A DNA stretch of 64,000 nucleotides from an uncultured Trueperaceae bacterium (GCA_963727505.1 CAVSGP010000005.1:32001-96000), one strand, 5' to 3'; positions 19,704 to 30,560 are shown, counted from the stretch's first letter. Numbers and translations: made by a program. Notes: generated by a model from the letters alone, not told the origin.

Positions 19704-21379
19704 GATCCCACCTCCTTCTCAGCCTCGGCCACGCTGCGCGCAAGATGGCGCAGCCGCTTCATCACGCCGCCCGGCTCATCGGATCCGGCGCGGCCGAAGG
19801 TGTCGTGCAGGAACAGGTAGTCGGCGTAGAGCTGGTCGTACACAGCGGTGTGCTCGGCCACGGGTGTGTAGGTGGTGGGCGCGAGCGACCCCATGTGCTC
19901 GGCCGCCTCGCGGATGTCGCGGTAGGCACCCGCCGCCACCGCGGCGTGCATGGCGCTGCCGAGTGCCGGCCCTTGCTCGCTGCCGATGACATGCATCTCG
20001 CGCCCCAGCACGTCGGCGTAGATCTGCATCATCAGCGGGTTCTTGGCCGGAAGGCCGCCGGCCGCCACCAGTCGCGTGACGGGTACGCCGCCGTTCTCCA
20101 GCGTTTCGATGATCAGCCGGGTGCCGTAGGCCGTGGCTTCAAGCAGCGCGCGGTAGATGTCGGGGGGGCGGGTCGCCAGCGTCATCCCCACGAGGAGGCC
20201 GCCCAGCTCGGCATCGACGAGGATGCTGCGGTTGCCGTTGAACCAGTCGAGTGCCAGAAGGCCGTGCTCGCCGGGATGCTTTGTGCGCGCCTCCCGCTCC
20301 AGCAGGGCATGGAGGTCGATGCCCTCGCGCACCGCGGCCTCGTGGTACTCCGGGGGCACGCCGTTCTCCAGGTACCACGCGAAGATATCGCCTACGCCGC
20401 TCTGCCCCAGCTCGTAGCCGTACATGCCCGGCACGATGCCCCCCTCGACCACGCCGGCCATGCCCTCGACTTCGTGCAATTCGTCCCCGACGAGCACGTG
20501 GCAGGTCGACGTGCCCATGATCATGACCATGGTGCCTGCCTCGACGTGACCGCTAGCCGGCAGCGTGACGTGGGCGTCCACGTTGGCCACGGCGACAGGC
20601 GTCCCGGGATGGAGGCCGGTCCAGCGGGCCGCCTCCTCCGTGAGTCCGCCGGCCTTGCCGCCCAGCGCAGCGAGCTCGCGCGACATCTTCCCGTCGACGA
20701 CATCCTCGAGCTCTGGGTGCAGAGCCGCGAAGTAGTCCCGGCTCGGGAAGCTAGCGTCCTGGTAGATGGCCTTGTAGCCGGCCGTGCAGGCGTTGCGGAT
20801 CTCGACGCCGGTCAGCTGCCAGACGACCCAGTCGGTGGCCTCGATGAGGCGGTCGGCCTGGCGGTAGATGTGCGGGGCTTGCTCGAGGATCTGCAGGGTC
20901 TTGCTGAAGAACCACTCACTGCTGATCTTGCCGCCATAGCGCATGAGCCACGGCTCGCCGCGCTCGCGGGCCACCCGATTGATGAGGTCGGCCTGGGGCT
21001 GTGCAGCGTGGTGCTTCCACAACTTGACCCAGGCGTGTGGTTCGCCGCGCAGCTCGGGCAGCCGGCACAGCGGCGTGCCGTCGGCCAGCGTTGGCAGCAT
21101 GGTGCAGGCGGTGAAGTCGATGGCGAGACCGAGGATGTCCTCCGGGTCGACCTCGGCCTGGCGGAGCACGGCCGGGACCGTCTCGCGGACCGCCTCGAGG
21201 TAGTCGTCGGGGTTCTGCAGCGCCCAGTCGGGCGGCAGCCTGGGCCCGCCCGGCAGGCGCTCGTCGATCACGCCGTCACCGTAGGGGTGGACGGCGGTTG
21301 CGACTTCGCTACCGTCGGAAACGCGCACCAACAGGGCGCGGGCCGACTCCGTACCGAAGTCGATGCCGATGGTGTACAT
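19700..21379 (-). CDS. araB: Ribulokinase
   Basis: [34 protein letters not shown] and LDWFNGNRS motifs. Confidence 0.95.
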   Translation of the reverse strand: MYTIGIDFGTESARALLVRVSDGSEVATAVHPYGDGVIDERLPGGPRLPPDWALQNPDDYLEAVRETVPAVLRQAEVDPEDILGLAIDFTACTMLPTLADGTPLCRLPELRGEPHAWVKLWKHHAAQPQADLINRVARERGEPWLMRYGGKISSEWFFSKTLQILEQAPHIYRQADRLIEATDWVVWQLTGVEIRNACTAGYKAIYQDASFPSRDYFAALHPELEDVVDGKMSRELAALGGKAGGLTEEAARWTGLHPGTPVAVANVDAHVTLPASGHVEAGTMVMIMGTSTCHVLVGDELHEVEGMAGVVEGGIVPGMYGYELGQSGVGDIFAWYLENGVPPEYHEAAVREGIDLHALLEREARTKHPGEHGLLALDWFNGNRSILVDAELGGLLVGMTLATRPPDIYRALLEATAYGTRLIIETLENGGVPVTRLVAAGGLPAKNPLMMQIYADVLGREMHVIGSEQGPALGSAMHAAVAAGAYRDIREAAEHMGSLAPTTYTPVAEHTAVYDQLYADYLFLHDTFGRAGSDEPGGVMKRLRHLARSVAEAEKEVGS

Positions 21380-21464
21380 GGATCCTCCCGCCCTTCCTAC
21401 CGATGCTTCGGCGGAGCGCGTCAACTCGGTCCGGGCCGGCGCATGTCGGGACGTCACGCCTTCT

Positions 21465-21478
21465 TGTTAACGCTCTCA
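21465..21478. promoter_or_regulatory. Putative LacI-type operator upstream of araB
   Basis: TGTTAACGCTCTCA. Confidence 0.7.
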
Positions 21479-21630
21479 GAATAGCGACCCCTCGCGAGGG
21501 GCGTCAAGACGCTGGACGATTCTGTGACGCTGCGCCCACACTTCCCTAGGGAGTTTCCCTAGTCGAATGCGCTCGGTACGCGCCAGCGCGGCCATCGGCT
21601 CGGTTGCGCGCCTCCCGCCCGATGGTAGGA

Positions 21631-21644
21631 TGTGAACGTTCTCA
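21631..21644. promoter_or_regulatory. Putative LacI-type autoregulatory operator
   Basis: TGTGAACGTTCTCA, overlapping a TAGGAT -10-like element upstream of the LacI gene. Confidence 0.7.
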
Positions 21645-21692
21645 GCACCAAAGCGGCTGGTAGGCTCTTCGGAGTCGAGATTCGGAGAGGGC

Positions 21693-22724
21693 ATGGGTTT
21701 GGCCGACAACCAGCGAAGGGCGACGCTTCACGATGTGGCAGAACTCGCCGGAGTGTCGCATCAAACGGTCTCACGGGTCGTCAACCGGCACCCGAGCGTG
21801 GCGGCGGCCACGCGGACGCGCGTGCTCGAGGCCATCCGCAAGCTCGACTACGCTCCCAATCGCGTCGCCCAGAGCCTGGCCACGCGTCGTTCCAAGACGG
21901 CGGGCATCATCGGCTACGGAACGACGCACTACGGTCCTTCGCAGATGGTCGCGCACATCGAAGCGACCCTCAAGATCAGGGGGTACGGGCTGGTCTACGC
22001 TGCGGTTCCCGACTTGAGCATCGAAGTGCTCCGGGAGCAGGTCGCCACGCTGCGGAACCAGCTCGTGGACGGGCTCGTGTTGATCACCCCCGTCGGGGGC
22101 GGTCACCTGGTGGAGACGAGCGACTTCATCGGGGTTCCTTACGTGATGATCGACGCCATGCTGGGCGAGCACGTTCCCTCGGTGGTGATCCACCAACACT
22201 ACGGCGCGCGGCTCGCCACGCGCCACCTCATCGAAAGCGGCCATCGTGCGATCGCGGAGATCAGCGGTCCCATGGAGTGGAGTGGCGCGAAGCAGCGCCA
22301 CGACGGATGGCTGTCGACGCTGTCCGACGCCGGGATCGAGCCGGGGGCCAGCGTCGAGGGGAACTGGACCGCAGAGAGCGGCTACGAAGCAGCCCGGCAC
22401 CTGCTCGAACGGGGCGCGCCGTTCACCGCCCTGTTCGCGGGCAACGACCAGATGGCGCTGGGAGCGATGCGCGCGCTGCGGGAAGCAGGGCGCAGGGTGC
22501 CGCGCGACGTCTCCGTGGTGGGGTTCGACGACGTGCCCGAGGCCGCCTACTACGAACCTCCGCTCACCACGATCCGACAGGATTTCCCGGCCCTGGGTCA
22601 GCAGGCGGTCGAGCTGCTGCTCGCCCGCATGGACGCTCCCGACGCGCCCGCCCATCAGCGCATCCTCTACCCGACCCTGATCGAGCGCGCCAGCGTCGCC
22701 AGCCCCAGCCTCGTCGCGTCCTGA
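21693..22724 (+). CDS. LacI-family transcriptional regulator (likely arabinose-regulon repressor)
   Basis: [34 protein letters not shown] hinge, SVVGFDD and LTTIRQ motifs; divergent from araB. Confidence 0.95.
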   Translation: MGLADNQRRATLHDVAELAGVSHQTVSRVVNRHPSVAAATRTRVLEAIRKLDYAPNRVAQSLATRRSKTAGIIGYGTTHYGPSQMVAHIEATLKIRGYGLVYAAVPDLSIEVLREQVATLRNQLVDGLVLITPVGGGHLVETSDFIGVPYVMIDAMLGEHVPSVVIHQHYGARLATRHLIESGHRAIAEISGPMEWSGAKQRHDGWLSTLSDAGIEPGASVEGNWTAESGYEAARHLLERGAPFTALFAGNDQMALGAMRALREAGRRVPRDVSVVGFDDVPEAAYYEPPLTTIRQDFPALGQQAVELLLARMDAPDAPAHQRILYPTLIERASVASPSLVAS

Positions 22725-22813
22725 GGCTTACGCGGGCCGGGCAGGATTGGTCGCCCGGCGCACGCTCGACGCAAACGGTCGAGGGTGCCGACGCTGGCGC
22801 CCCCCGGCCGGAC

Positions 22814-24343
22814 CTAGGCCAGTTCGCTCGGCAGCAACGCCTTCGGGAAGTTCTGGTACGCCACCAGCCGCGTGAACCGCTCGATGGCGCGCGCCCCGAC
22901 CGAGGTGGTTCGGCCGTCGGAGGTGGCCGGGTAGGGGCCGCCGTGGACCATCGCGCGGCACACCTCGACGCCGGTAGGGACCTGGTTCACGATCAGACGG
23001 CCGGCCTTGCGCTCGAGTGCCGCCACCAACGGCCGGTAGCGCTCCCACTCGTCGCCCTCGCCGTGCAGCGTGGCCGTGAGCTGCCCCTCCATGGCGCCGG
23101 CGAAGGCCAGCAGCTCGTCGTCGTTGCGGTAACGGACCAGCACCGTGGTGGGGCCGAACACCTCCTGGGTGAGGCGCGGGTCGTCGAGGACCGCCGCGAC
23201 GTCGGCTTCCCACACCGTGGCGCTGGCGGCGGTCAGCCCTCCCCCGCGGTGCCCCTCGGCCAGGCGCCGGGCGCCCGCGTCGGCCAGCCGTTGCAGGCCC
23301 GCGCCGAACGCATGCTGGATGCCCGGCGTCAACATGGCGTGCGCCTCGGCCGTGCGCGCTCCCTCCACCAGCCGCTCGCGCAGCGCGTCGCCGGCCTCGC
23401 CGGCCTCCAGCAGCACGATGCCGGGGTTGGTGCAGAACTGGCCGACGCCCAGCGTGAACGACGCCAGCAGCGCGTCCGCGATGGGGCCGGGGCGCCGGCG
23501 CGTCGCCAGCGGCAGCACGAACACCGGGTTGACGCTGCTCATCTCGGCGTACACCGGGATCGGTTCGGGCCGCTCGGCCGCCAGCCGCATCAGGGCCTGG
23601 CCGCCGCCGCGCGAGCCGGTGAACCCCACTGCGCGGACCAGCGGATGCCGCACCAGCGCCTGCCCTACGTCGTAGCCGTCGTCGAACAGGAGCGAGAAGA
23701 CGCCGTCGGGCGTGCCCTGCTCGTGGGCCGCGGCGCGGATGGCGCGCGCCACCAGCTCGGAGGTGCCGGGGTGGGCAGGGTGCGCCTTGACGAGCACGGG
23801 ACATCCGGCCGCCAGGGCGGAGGCCGTGTCGCCGCCGGCGACCGAGAACGCCAGCGGGAAGTTGCTGGCTCCGAACACCGCCACCGGTCCGAGGGGGCGC
23901 CGCAGGGAGCGCACGTCGGGCTTGGGCGCGGTCGCGCGTTTAGGGTCGCCGGAGTCGATGCGGATGTCGAGCCAGGCGCCCTCGTCGAGCAGCGTCGCGA
24001 AGAGCCGGAGCTGGTTGGCGGTGCGGCCCAGCTCACCGGTGAGGCGGGCCGTGCCCAGTGCGGTCTCGCGATCGGCGCGCTCGATGATGGGCTCGCCTCG
24101 AGCCTCCAGCTCGGCCGCGATGGCGCGCAGGAACGCCGCGCGCTCGGCCGGCGGGGTGGCGGCGTAGGCGGGGAAGGCGTGCTCGGCTGCGACGGCCGCG
24201 CGCTCCAGGTCGGCTGTTCGGGTCGGGTGGAAGGCGGGCTCGAGCCGCTCGCCCGTGCGGGCGTCGCTTGCGTGGAAGGTGCGCTCACCCGGTTCGGCGG
24301 TTGCGAGGCCGATCAGGGAGAGCCCCTTCATCGTCCCCGGCAT
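22814..24343 (-). CDS. 2-oxoglutarate semialdehyde dehydrogenase-like aldehyde dehydrogenase
   Basis: FGASNFPLAFSVAGGDTASA, GFTGS, EMSSVNP, GQFCTNPG and HGGPYPAT motifs. Confidence 0.9.
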   Translation of the reverse strand: MPGTMKGLSLIGLATAEPGERTFHASDARTGERLEPAFHPTRTADLERAAVAAEHAFPAYAATPPAERAAFLRAIAAELEARGEPIIERADRETALGTARLTGELGRTANQLRLFATLLDEGAWLDIRIDSGDPKRATAPKPDVRSLRRPLGPVAVFGASNFPLAFSVAGGDTASALAAGCPVLVKAHPAHPGTSELVARAIRAAAHEQGTPDGVFSLLFDDGYDVGQALVRHPLVRAVGFTGSRGGGQALMRLAAERPEPIPVYAEMSSVNPVFVLPLATRRRPGPIADALLASFTLGVGQFCTNPGIVLLEAGEAGDALRERLVEGARTAEAHAMLTPGIQHAFGAGLQRLADAGARRLAEGHRGGGLTAASATVWEADVAAVLDDPRLTQEVFGPTTVLVRYRNDDELLAFAGAMEGQLTATLHGEGDEWERYRPLVAALERKAGRLIVNQVPTGVEVCRAMVHGGPYPATSDGRTTSVGARAIERFTRLVAYQNFPKALLPSELA

Positions 24344-25296
24344 CAGGCGGCTCCCTTCAGCGCGGGGCGGGTGGCGAGCGCGACCGCGATCACCCGCTCC
24401 GCCTCGGCACGTTCGTCGCCGGTCAGCTCCAGTCGCGGCGGGCGAACGCGAGTGCTCCCGTGCCCGACGCGCTCCTGCGCCACCTTGATGAGCTGCACGA
24501 ACTTCGGCACCGTATCGAGCCGCAGCAGCGGCAGGAACCAGCGGTAGAGCGCGAATGCTTCTTCGTTCCGTCCCTGCCGCGCCAGCTCGAACAGCGCCAC
24601 CGACTCGGCGGGGAAGGCGTTGACCAGCCCCGCGATCCAGCCCACCGCGCCGGCGGCGATCCCCTCGACGATGGCGTCGTCGACGCCCACCAGGATCTCC
24701 AGGCGGTCGCTTGTCAGCGTGCGCAGCGCGGTCACGCGCCGCACGTCGGTGCTGGATTCCTTGATGGCGACGAGGTTGGGGTGCTCGTCTGCCAGCTCGG
24801 CCACCTGTTCGGGCGTGAAGTCGGTGGTGTAGGCAACCGGGTTGTTGTAGAGCATGCAGGGCAGCGAGGTGGCGTCCAGCACTGCGGCGACGTGCGCCTT
24901 CATCTCGCGCCAGTCGGTGCTGTAGACGTAGGGGGGCAGCACCATCAGGCCGCGGGCGCCCTCGGCTTCGACCGCCTGGGCGAAGCGCTTCGCCTCGGCG
25001 GTGGCGAGGGCGGCCACTCCGGGGATGACGGGTGCGCGCCCGTCCAGGGCAGTAACGAGGGTGTGCACCACCGCGACCTTCTCGTCGAAGGCGAGGGTGG
25101 CCGCCTCGCCCAGCGAGCCTCCCGGCACCACGCCGATGCACCCCTCGTCGACCATCCAGCGGGCGTGCTCGCCGAGGAAGGCGTGGTCGACCTCGAGGTC
25201 AGCGTTGAAGGGCGTGGTGATGGCGGGAAGGACGCCGCGCCAGTCGACGCGGCCCCCCGATGCTGAGGATGGCGTCTCCAGAGGGCTCGCTGGCAT
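24343..25296 (-). CDS. DHDPS-family protein, probable 1-pyrroline-4-hydroxy-2-carboxylate deaminase
   Basis: WRGVLPAITTPF, GSLGE, YNNP, IKESS and GWIAGLVNAFP motifs; context with Hyp epimerase. Confidence 0.82.
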   Translation of the reverse strand: MPASPLETPSSASGGRVDWRGVLPAITTPFNADLEVDHAFLGEHARWMVDEGCIGVVPGGSLGEAATLAFDEKVAVVHTLVTALDGRAPVIPGVAALATAEAKRFAQAVEAEGARGLMVLPPYVYSTDWREMKAHVAAVLDATSLPCMLYNNPVAYTTDFTPEQVAELADEHPNLVAIKESSTDVRRVTALRTLTSDRLEILVGVDDAIVEGIAAGAVGWIAGLVNAFPAESVALFELARQGRNEEAFALYRWFLPLLRLDTVPKFVQLIKVAQERVGHGSTRVRPPRLELTGDERAEAERVIAVALATRPALKGAA

Positions 25297-25513
25297 GCGC
25301 GGTCTCCTTTCGAGGCGGAGGCGAGACCCCTGCCTACAGGACGGGCGGTGTCCCGGTCCCGCTTAGCGCCTTCGGCGCCGGTCGGGGGCGGTCTCACAAC
25401 GGTAGACTATGGCCCGCGTCCGGGATGCATCAAGGCCGCGCGTCGAGCGCGCTTGCCGAGATCGTGCAATGCGAGGGGTGCGTCCGGGCGACGCGGGGAG
25501 CGGAGGCACGGAC

Positions 25514-26461
25514 GTGGACCTCCAACGCGTGCAGACCGTCGATTCCCACACGGCTGGCGAGCCCACCCGGGTCGTGATCGCCGGCGGCCCCGACCTGGGC
25601 GGTGGCGCCATGGCCGAGCGCCTCGAGCGCTTCCGACGCGACCACGACGCCTTCCGCTCCGCAGTCGTCAACGAGCCCCGCGGCTCCGACGTGCTGGTGG
25701 GCGCGCTGCTGCAGGAGCCGGTCGATCCCGCGGCGGCCGCCGGCGTGCTCTTCTTCAACAACGTGGGCATGCTGGGCATGTGCGGGCACGGGACCATCGG
25801 GCTCGTGCGCACCCTCCAGTACCTCGGCCGCATCGAGCCCGGCCGGCATCGCATCGAGACGCCGGTGGGCCCGGTCGAGGCGGAGTTGATGGGCGACGGC
25901 AGGGTGAGCGTGCGCAACGTGCCCGCCTACCGCCACCGCAAGGGCGTGCGCGTCGAGGTGCCGGGTCACGGGACCGTCACCGGGGACGTGGCGTGGGGCG
26001 GCAACTGGTTCTTCCTCACCGACGACCACGGCCAGGCGGTCGAAGCGGGGCGCACCCCGGCGCTTGCCGGCTACGCGCAGACGCTGCGCGACGCGCTGGC
26101 GGGCGCCGGCGTGACGGGCGCCGATGGCGCCGAGATCGACCACATCGAGCTGTTCGCTGCCGCTCCGGCGCCAGAGCTCGCCGACGGCCGCAGCTTCGTT
26201 CTCTGCCCTGGCGGCGCCTACGACCGCTCGCCCTGTGGCACCGGCACCAGCGCCAAGCTCGCCTGCCTGCATGCCGACGGCAGCCTGCGGCCGGGGGAGA
26301 CCTGGCGCCAGGAGAGCGTGATCGGCAGCCGGTTCGAGGCGCGCTACGAGCTCGACGACGAGGCGCGCGTGATCCCCACCATCACCGGCGAGGCGTTCGT
26401 CACGGCCGAGGCCACGCTGCTGTTCGACCCGCGCGACCCCTTCCGCTGGGGCATCCGATGA
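25514..26461 (+). CDS. 4-hydroxyproline 2-epimerase (proline racemase family)
   Basis: [24 protein letters not shown] and [12 protein letters not shown], with both catalytic Cys present. Confidence 0.9.
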   Translation: MDLQRVQTVDSHTAGEPTRVVIAGGPDLGGGAMAERLERFRRDHDAFRSAVVNEPRGSDVLVGALLQEPVDPAAAAGVLFFNNVGMLGMCGHGTIGLVRTLQYLGRIEPGRHRIETPVGPVEAELMGDGRVSVRNVPAYRHRKGVRVEVPGHGTVTGDVAWGGNWFFLTDDHGQAVEAGRTPALAGYAQTLRDALAGAGVTGADGAEIDHIELFAAAPAPELADGRSFVLCPGGAYDRSPCGTGTSAKLACLHADGSLRPGETWRQESVIGSRFEARYELDDEARVIPTITGEAFVTAEATLLFDPRDPFRWGIR

Positions 26462-27816
26462 GCCGCCGGGTCGTCGTGGTGGGCGCCGGCGTGGTGGGGC
26501 TGTTCAGCGCTCTGCACGCCCGCCGTGCCGGGTTCGAGGTGACCGTGGTGGACCACGAGGGGCCCGAGCGGGACACCACCTCCTTCGGGAACGCCGGTCT
26601 GGTGGTGCCGAGCCACGTCGTGCCGCTCGCCGCCCCGGGAGCCGTGGCGCAGGGCCTGAAGTGGATGTTCGACCCGGAGAGCCCGTTCTACGTACGGCCG
26701 GCGCTCGACCCCGAGCTGCTCGCCTGGGGGTGGCGCTTCTGGCGCGCCTCCACGGCCGAGCGCGCGCGCCGGGCGGGGCCGCTGCTGCGCGACCTGCACC
26801 GCGCCGGAAAGGCCGGCTACCTGGCGTTGGCCGAGCGCCTCGGCAACCCCTTCGACCTGAAGGAGACCGGCGTGCTGGGGATGTGCGTCACGGAGGAGGG
26901 GCTGGAGGACGAAGCGAGGGTCGTCGCGCGGGCGATCACGCTGGGGATGCCCGCCAGGGTGCTCGGAAAGGCCGAGGTGGAGGCGCTGCAACCGGGTGTA
27001 GAGCTCGACATCGTGGGCGGCGTCTATTTTCCAGAGGACGCGCGCCTCGACCCGGGCCGGCTGATGCGGGCGCTGCAGGCGCATCTCGTCGAGCTCGGGG
27101 TGACGTTCCGCTGGGGCGCACGCGTCGAGGGGCTCGAAATGAACGGCGACCTGATCGAGGGGGTGCGGGTGAGCGAGACGGGCTCGGGTCCGGCGCAGGG
27201 GGATGCGGCGGCGGGGCCCGCCCGCCCGGCGGGGGCACGGCCGGCCGGGACCCCTGCTTCGCAGGCCGGCTCCTACCGGAACGCCACCATCGCGGCGGAC
27301 GAGGTGGTGCTCGCCGCCGGGGTGTGGTCGGGTGGGCTGGCTCGAGCCCTGGGCCTGCGCCTGCCGCTGCGCGCCGGCAAAGGGTACAGCGTCACGCTCG
27401 CCGATCCGCCGCAGCGTCCGTCGACACCGGCCCTCCTGTCCGAGGGACGGGTCGCGATCACGCCACTCGAGACCGGGGTGCGCTTCGGAGGCACCATGGA
27501 GATCACGGGGGTGCGAGAAGGGGTCAGCGCCAGCCGCATGCGCGGCATCGTGAAGTCCGTGTTGCGCGCCTTCCCGGGCTTCACGGCCGAGGCGTTCGCG
27601 GACGCGCCGGTGTGGTACGGGTTCCGGCCCTGCAGCCCGGACGGGCTGCCCTACCTGGGCCGGACGGGCCGTGCGCGTAACCTGATCGTCGCCACCGGAC
27701 ACGCCATGATGGGGGTGTCGCTGGCGCCGGTGACGGGCCGTCTGGTAGGCGAGCTGCTGGCGGGGGAGCGTACGAGCCTGCCGCTCGAGACGCTCAGCCC
27801 GGACCGATACGCCTGA
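26458..27816 (+). CDS. D-amino-acid dehydrogenase-like FAD enzyme (probable D-hydroxyproline dehydrogenase)
   Basis: GAGVVG, TSFGNAG, GKGYS, GFRP and ATGH motifs; ATGA overlap with the epimerase stop. Confidence 0.85.
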   Translation: MSRRVVVVGAGVVGLFSALHARRAGFEVTVVDHEGPERDTTSFGNAGLVVPSHVVPLAAPGAVAQGLKWMFDPESPFYVRPALDPELLAWGWRFWRASTAERARRAGPLLRDLHRAGKAGYLALAERLGNPFDLKETGVLGMCVTEEGLEDEARVVARAITLGMPARVLGKAEVEALQPGVELDIVGGVYFPEDARLDPGRLMRALQAHLVELGVTFRWGARVEGLEMNGDLIEGVRVSETGSGPAQGDAAAGPARPAGARPAGTPASQAGSYRNATIAADEVVLAAGVWSGGLARALGLRLPLRAGKGYSVTLADPPQRPSTPALLSEGRVAITPLETGVRFGGTMEITGVREGVSASRMRGIVKSVLRAFPGFTAEAFADAPVWYGFRPCSPDGLPYLGRTGRARNLIVATGHAMMGVSLAPVTGRLVGELLAGERTSLPLETLSPDRYA

Positions 27817-27880
27817 ACACCACGGTGTCGGCCGCCGCTCGCCGTTGCGAGCGGCACCCGCATTCCGAAGGGAGACGCAC

Positions 27881-28870
27881 GTGAGCAAAGTTCGATGGGG
27901 CGTTCTCAGCACGGCCAACATCGCCGTGAGCAAGGTGATCCCGGCGCTGCAGAAGAGCGAGCTGGTCGAGGTGAGCGCCATCGCCTCCCGCGACCTGGGC
28001 AGGGCGCAGGCGGCGGCCGAGAAGCTCCGCATCCCGCACGCCTACGGCAGCTACGAGGAGCTTCTGGCGTCGCCCGAGGTCGACGTCGTGTACAACCCGC
28101 TCCCCAACCATCTCCACGTGCCCTGGTCGATCCGAGCGATCGAAGCCGGCAAGCACGTGCTGTGCGAGAAGCCCGTCGGATTGAGCGCCGAGGAGGGGGA
28201 GCGGCTGGTGCAGGCGTCGCGCGCGCACCCGGAGCTGAAGGTGATGGAGGCGTTCATGTACCGCTTCCACCCGCAGTGGCGCGAGGTGAAGCGCATCGTC
28301 GACGAGGGCGGCATCGGTGAGCTGCGCACCATCCAGTCGTTCTTCTCTTACTTCAAGCTCGACCCGGACAACATCCGCAACATGCCCGACATCGGCGGCG
28401 GCGGGCTGATGGACATCGGTTGCTACAACATCTCGCTGTCGCGCTTCGTGTTCGGCGCCGAGCCCACACGTGTGGTCTCCACCGTCGAGTTCGATCCGAA
28501 CCTTGGCGTCGACCGCCTGTCCTCGGCGATCCTCGACTTCGGCCGCGGCACCTCGACCTTCACATGCAGCACCCAGCTGGCGCCCTACCAGGCCGTGAGC
28601 GTCTTCGGCACGAAGGGGCGCGTTACCCTCGAGATCCCCTTCAACGCCCCGCAGGACGGCCCCAGCCGGCTCTGGCACCAGCGCGACGGAGAGACGGTCG
28701 AGCGCGTGTTCGACCGCGTCGACCAGTACACTCTCCAGGGCGATGCCCTCTCCCGGGCGGTCCTCGACGGCACTCCGGTTCCCACCCCGCTCGAGGACGC
28801 GGTGGCGAACATGCGGGTCATCGACGCGGTGTTCGGCAGCGGGCGGTCGGACGGGTGGGTGAACCTCTGA
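27881..28870 (+). CDS. Gfo/Idh/MocA-family oxidoreductase
   Basis: WGVLSTANIA, GKHVLCEKP and GGGLMDIGCY motifs. Confidence 0.92.
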   Translation: MSKVRWGVLSTANIAVSKVIPALQKSELVEVSAIASRDLGRAQAAAEKLRIPHAYGSYEELLASPEVDVVYNPLPNHLHVPWSIRAIEAGKHVLCEKPVGLSAEEGERLVQASRAHPELKVMEAFMYRFHPQWREVKRIVDEGGIGELRTIQSFFSYFKLDPDNIRNMPDIGGGGLMDIGCYNISLSRFVFGAEPTRVVSTVEFDPNLGVDRLSSAILDFGRGTSTFTCSTQLAPYQAVSVFGTKGRVTLEIPFNAPQDGPSRLWHQRDGETVERVFDRVDQYTLQGDALSRAVLDGTPVPTPLEDAVANMRVIDAVFGSGRSDGWVNL

Positions 28871-28913
28871 GGCGCGGTGTTGGCGGTGCGGTTACAGGCG
28901 TGGCTTGACGGCC

Positions 28914-29714
28914 TCAGGGGGCGGGGGCCGCTCCCGGGTCCATGGGCCACCCCGCCATCTCCTCGATGACGGCGGCGAGGGCTTCCGCAGCAACGTCCAG
29001 CGCCTTTCGGCCGGCGTCCGCGGTGGCGAGCGTCGGATCTCCCAGCGTTCCACTGGAGGACAGCGTCCGAAAGCTGCGGAACGTCGCCACGACGCTCGAC
29101 TCGAACAGGTCCGTGCGGAGGTGCGGCGTCGCTCCCTCCGGGTAGGTGGTCTGAGCGACCGACATGTCCACCAGGGCGGGCTTGACGGCCAGCATGAGCG
29201 AGGTCTCGAACTCGCCGGCGTGACCGGTGCCCCCGGAGCGCGACCGCCGGATCTCGTGCTGACGTTCGCGCAGGAGTTCGAAGTACGTCACCGCTGCAAC
29301 GCGGGCACGGCCAGCGAGAGCATGACCGGCCTCGTGGGCTGCGGTTGCAGCCGCGGAGGCGTTGCCTCCGTGGCCATTCACGAGCAGGATCCGCTGCATG
29401 CCCTGTGCAGCCAGGCTCGAGCACAGGGACAGGACCACGTCGATCCAGAGGCGCGCGGAGAGTGTCAACGTGCCAGGGAAGTCCATGTGATGACTCGAGA
29501 GGCCGAGCCACAATGCAGGGGTGACGACGACCGAAGCGGAGCTCCGGCGCGCAGCCTCGGTGCTCACGGCCTCGGCAAGATAGCTGTCCGTCCCGACGGG
29601 AAGGTGCCAACCGTGCTGCTCGGTCGCGCCGAGCGGCACGAGAACGACGGCCCCGGCGTCGCGCAGCGCGGCCAGCTTGCGTTGGTCGAGGTCGGTCCAG
29701 CGATGGGCGCTCAC
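28914..29714 (-). CDS. Creatininase/creatinine amidohydrolase family protein
   Basis: EQHGWHLP.GTD, NGHGGN and HAGEFETS motifs. Confidence 0.9.
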   Translation of the reverse strand: MSAHRWTDLDQRKLAALRDAGAVVLVPLGATEQHGWHLPVGTDSYLAEAVSTEAARRSSASVVVTPALWLGLSSHHMDFPGTLTLSARLWIDVVLSLCSSLAAQGMQRILLVNGHGGNASAAATAAHEAGHALAGRARVAAVTYFELLRERQHEIRRSRSGGTGHAGEFETSLMLAVKPALVDMSVAQTTYPEGATPHLRTDLFESSVVATFRSFRTLSSSGTLGDPTLATADAGRKALDVAAEALAAVIEEMAGWPMDPGAAPAP

Positions 29715-30463
29715 GCGGCCGCCCCCTCGTCAAGAATGGCGCCGAGCTCCGCGGAGATGCGTCGAGCGCACGCGATAACGGCAGGGACGAGTGTGCGCTG
29801 GCGCTTCTCGGTGACGAAGACGGATGCGCCGCTCAGGCTGATGGCGGCCACCACGTTGCCGCGGGCATCGATGACGGGAGCCGCCACGCAGCGGATCCCG
29901 ACCTCGTTTTCTTCCCGATCGAAGGCGTATCCCTGGGAGCGAACCTCGGCCAGCTCGCGCAGGAAGGCCTCCCGGTCGGTGATGCTGTGCGGTGTTGCAG
30001 GGGCGAGACTCATGTAGCGACCGTCCCATTCGTCCGGGGAGATGCTCGCCAACAGCACCTTGCCCATGGCCGTGGTTTGGGCGGGACTCTGAAGGCCAAC
30101 GTGGCTGGCCATCTGCAGGCCGCGTCGCCCCTCCATCTTGGCGATGTAAATGACGTGCGACGCGTCGAGGATGCCCAGATGGACGGTCTCTTGGGTGTCC
30201 GACGCCAACTTCCGCATCGGTTCGTCGGCCAGAGCCGGGAGGCGCAGTTGCCGGCGCACTTGCTCGCCGAGCTGGAGCAGCCGGATCCCGAGCCGGTAGT
30301 TCCGGCCCTCTCGCGCTAGGACGTGCCGGTCCACCAGATCGCTCAGCAGGCGGTGGACCGTGCTGCGTGGCATCCGGCTGGCCTCCGCGAGCTCGCCAAG
30401 CGTCACCTTCCCCGATGCCACGAGATCCACGAGCGCGAACGCCTTGTCGAGCGATGTTCCCAT
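29711..30463 (-). CDS. IclR-family transcriptional regulator
   Basis: SLDKAFALV...PRSTVHRLL HTH, ETVHL, TAMGKVLL and GIRCVAAPV motifs. Confidence 0.93.
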   Translation of the reverse strand: MGTSLDKAFALVDLVASGKVTLGELAEASRMPRSTVHRLLSDLVDRHVLAREGRNYRLGIRLLQLGEQVRRQLRLPALADEPMRKLASDTQETVHLGILDASHVIYIAKMEGRRGLQMASHVGLQSPAQTTAMGKVLLASISPDEWDGRYMSLAPATPHSITDREAFLRELAEVRSQGYAFDREENEVGIRCVAAPVIDARGNVVAAISLSGASVFVTEKRQRTLVPAVIACARRISAELGAILDEGAAA

Positions 30464-30523
30464 GCCACACGCTCCTCCCCGTCGCCACAGGGCCCGGCAT
30501 TGGGGCCTCCGCCGCACACGGCA

Positions 30524-30560
30524 GTTCCAGTATATGGGACGACTGTCCGTATAGTTGAAA
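30524..30560. promoter_or_regulatory. Two imperfect palindromes, candidate IclR operators
   Basis: GTTCCAGTATATGGGAC (30524-30540) and TGTCCGTATAGTTGAAA (30544-30560) in the divergent promoter region. Confidence 0.5.

Noticed and set aside
21542..21562. TCCCTAGGGA palindrome with a repeated TTCCCTAG in the araB-lacI intergenic region
   Set aside because: Could be a second regulator site, but it occurs once with no supporting copy in the window.
22814..25296. Oxidative (Weimberg) arabinose pathway, or dapA
   Set aside because: No sugar-acid dehydratase nearby, arabinose is already handled by araBDA, and the Hyp epimerase context explains both genes.
28914..29714. Mycofactocin peptidase MftE
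   Set aside because: No precursor peptide, MftB or radical SAM gene in the window.
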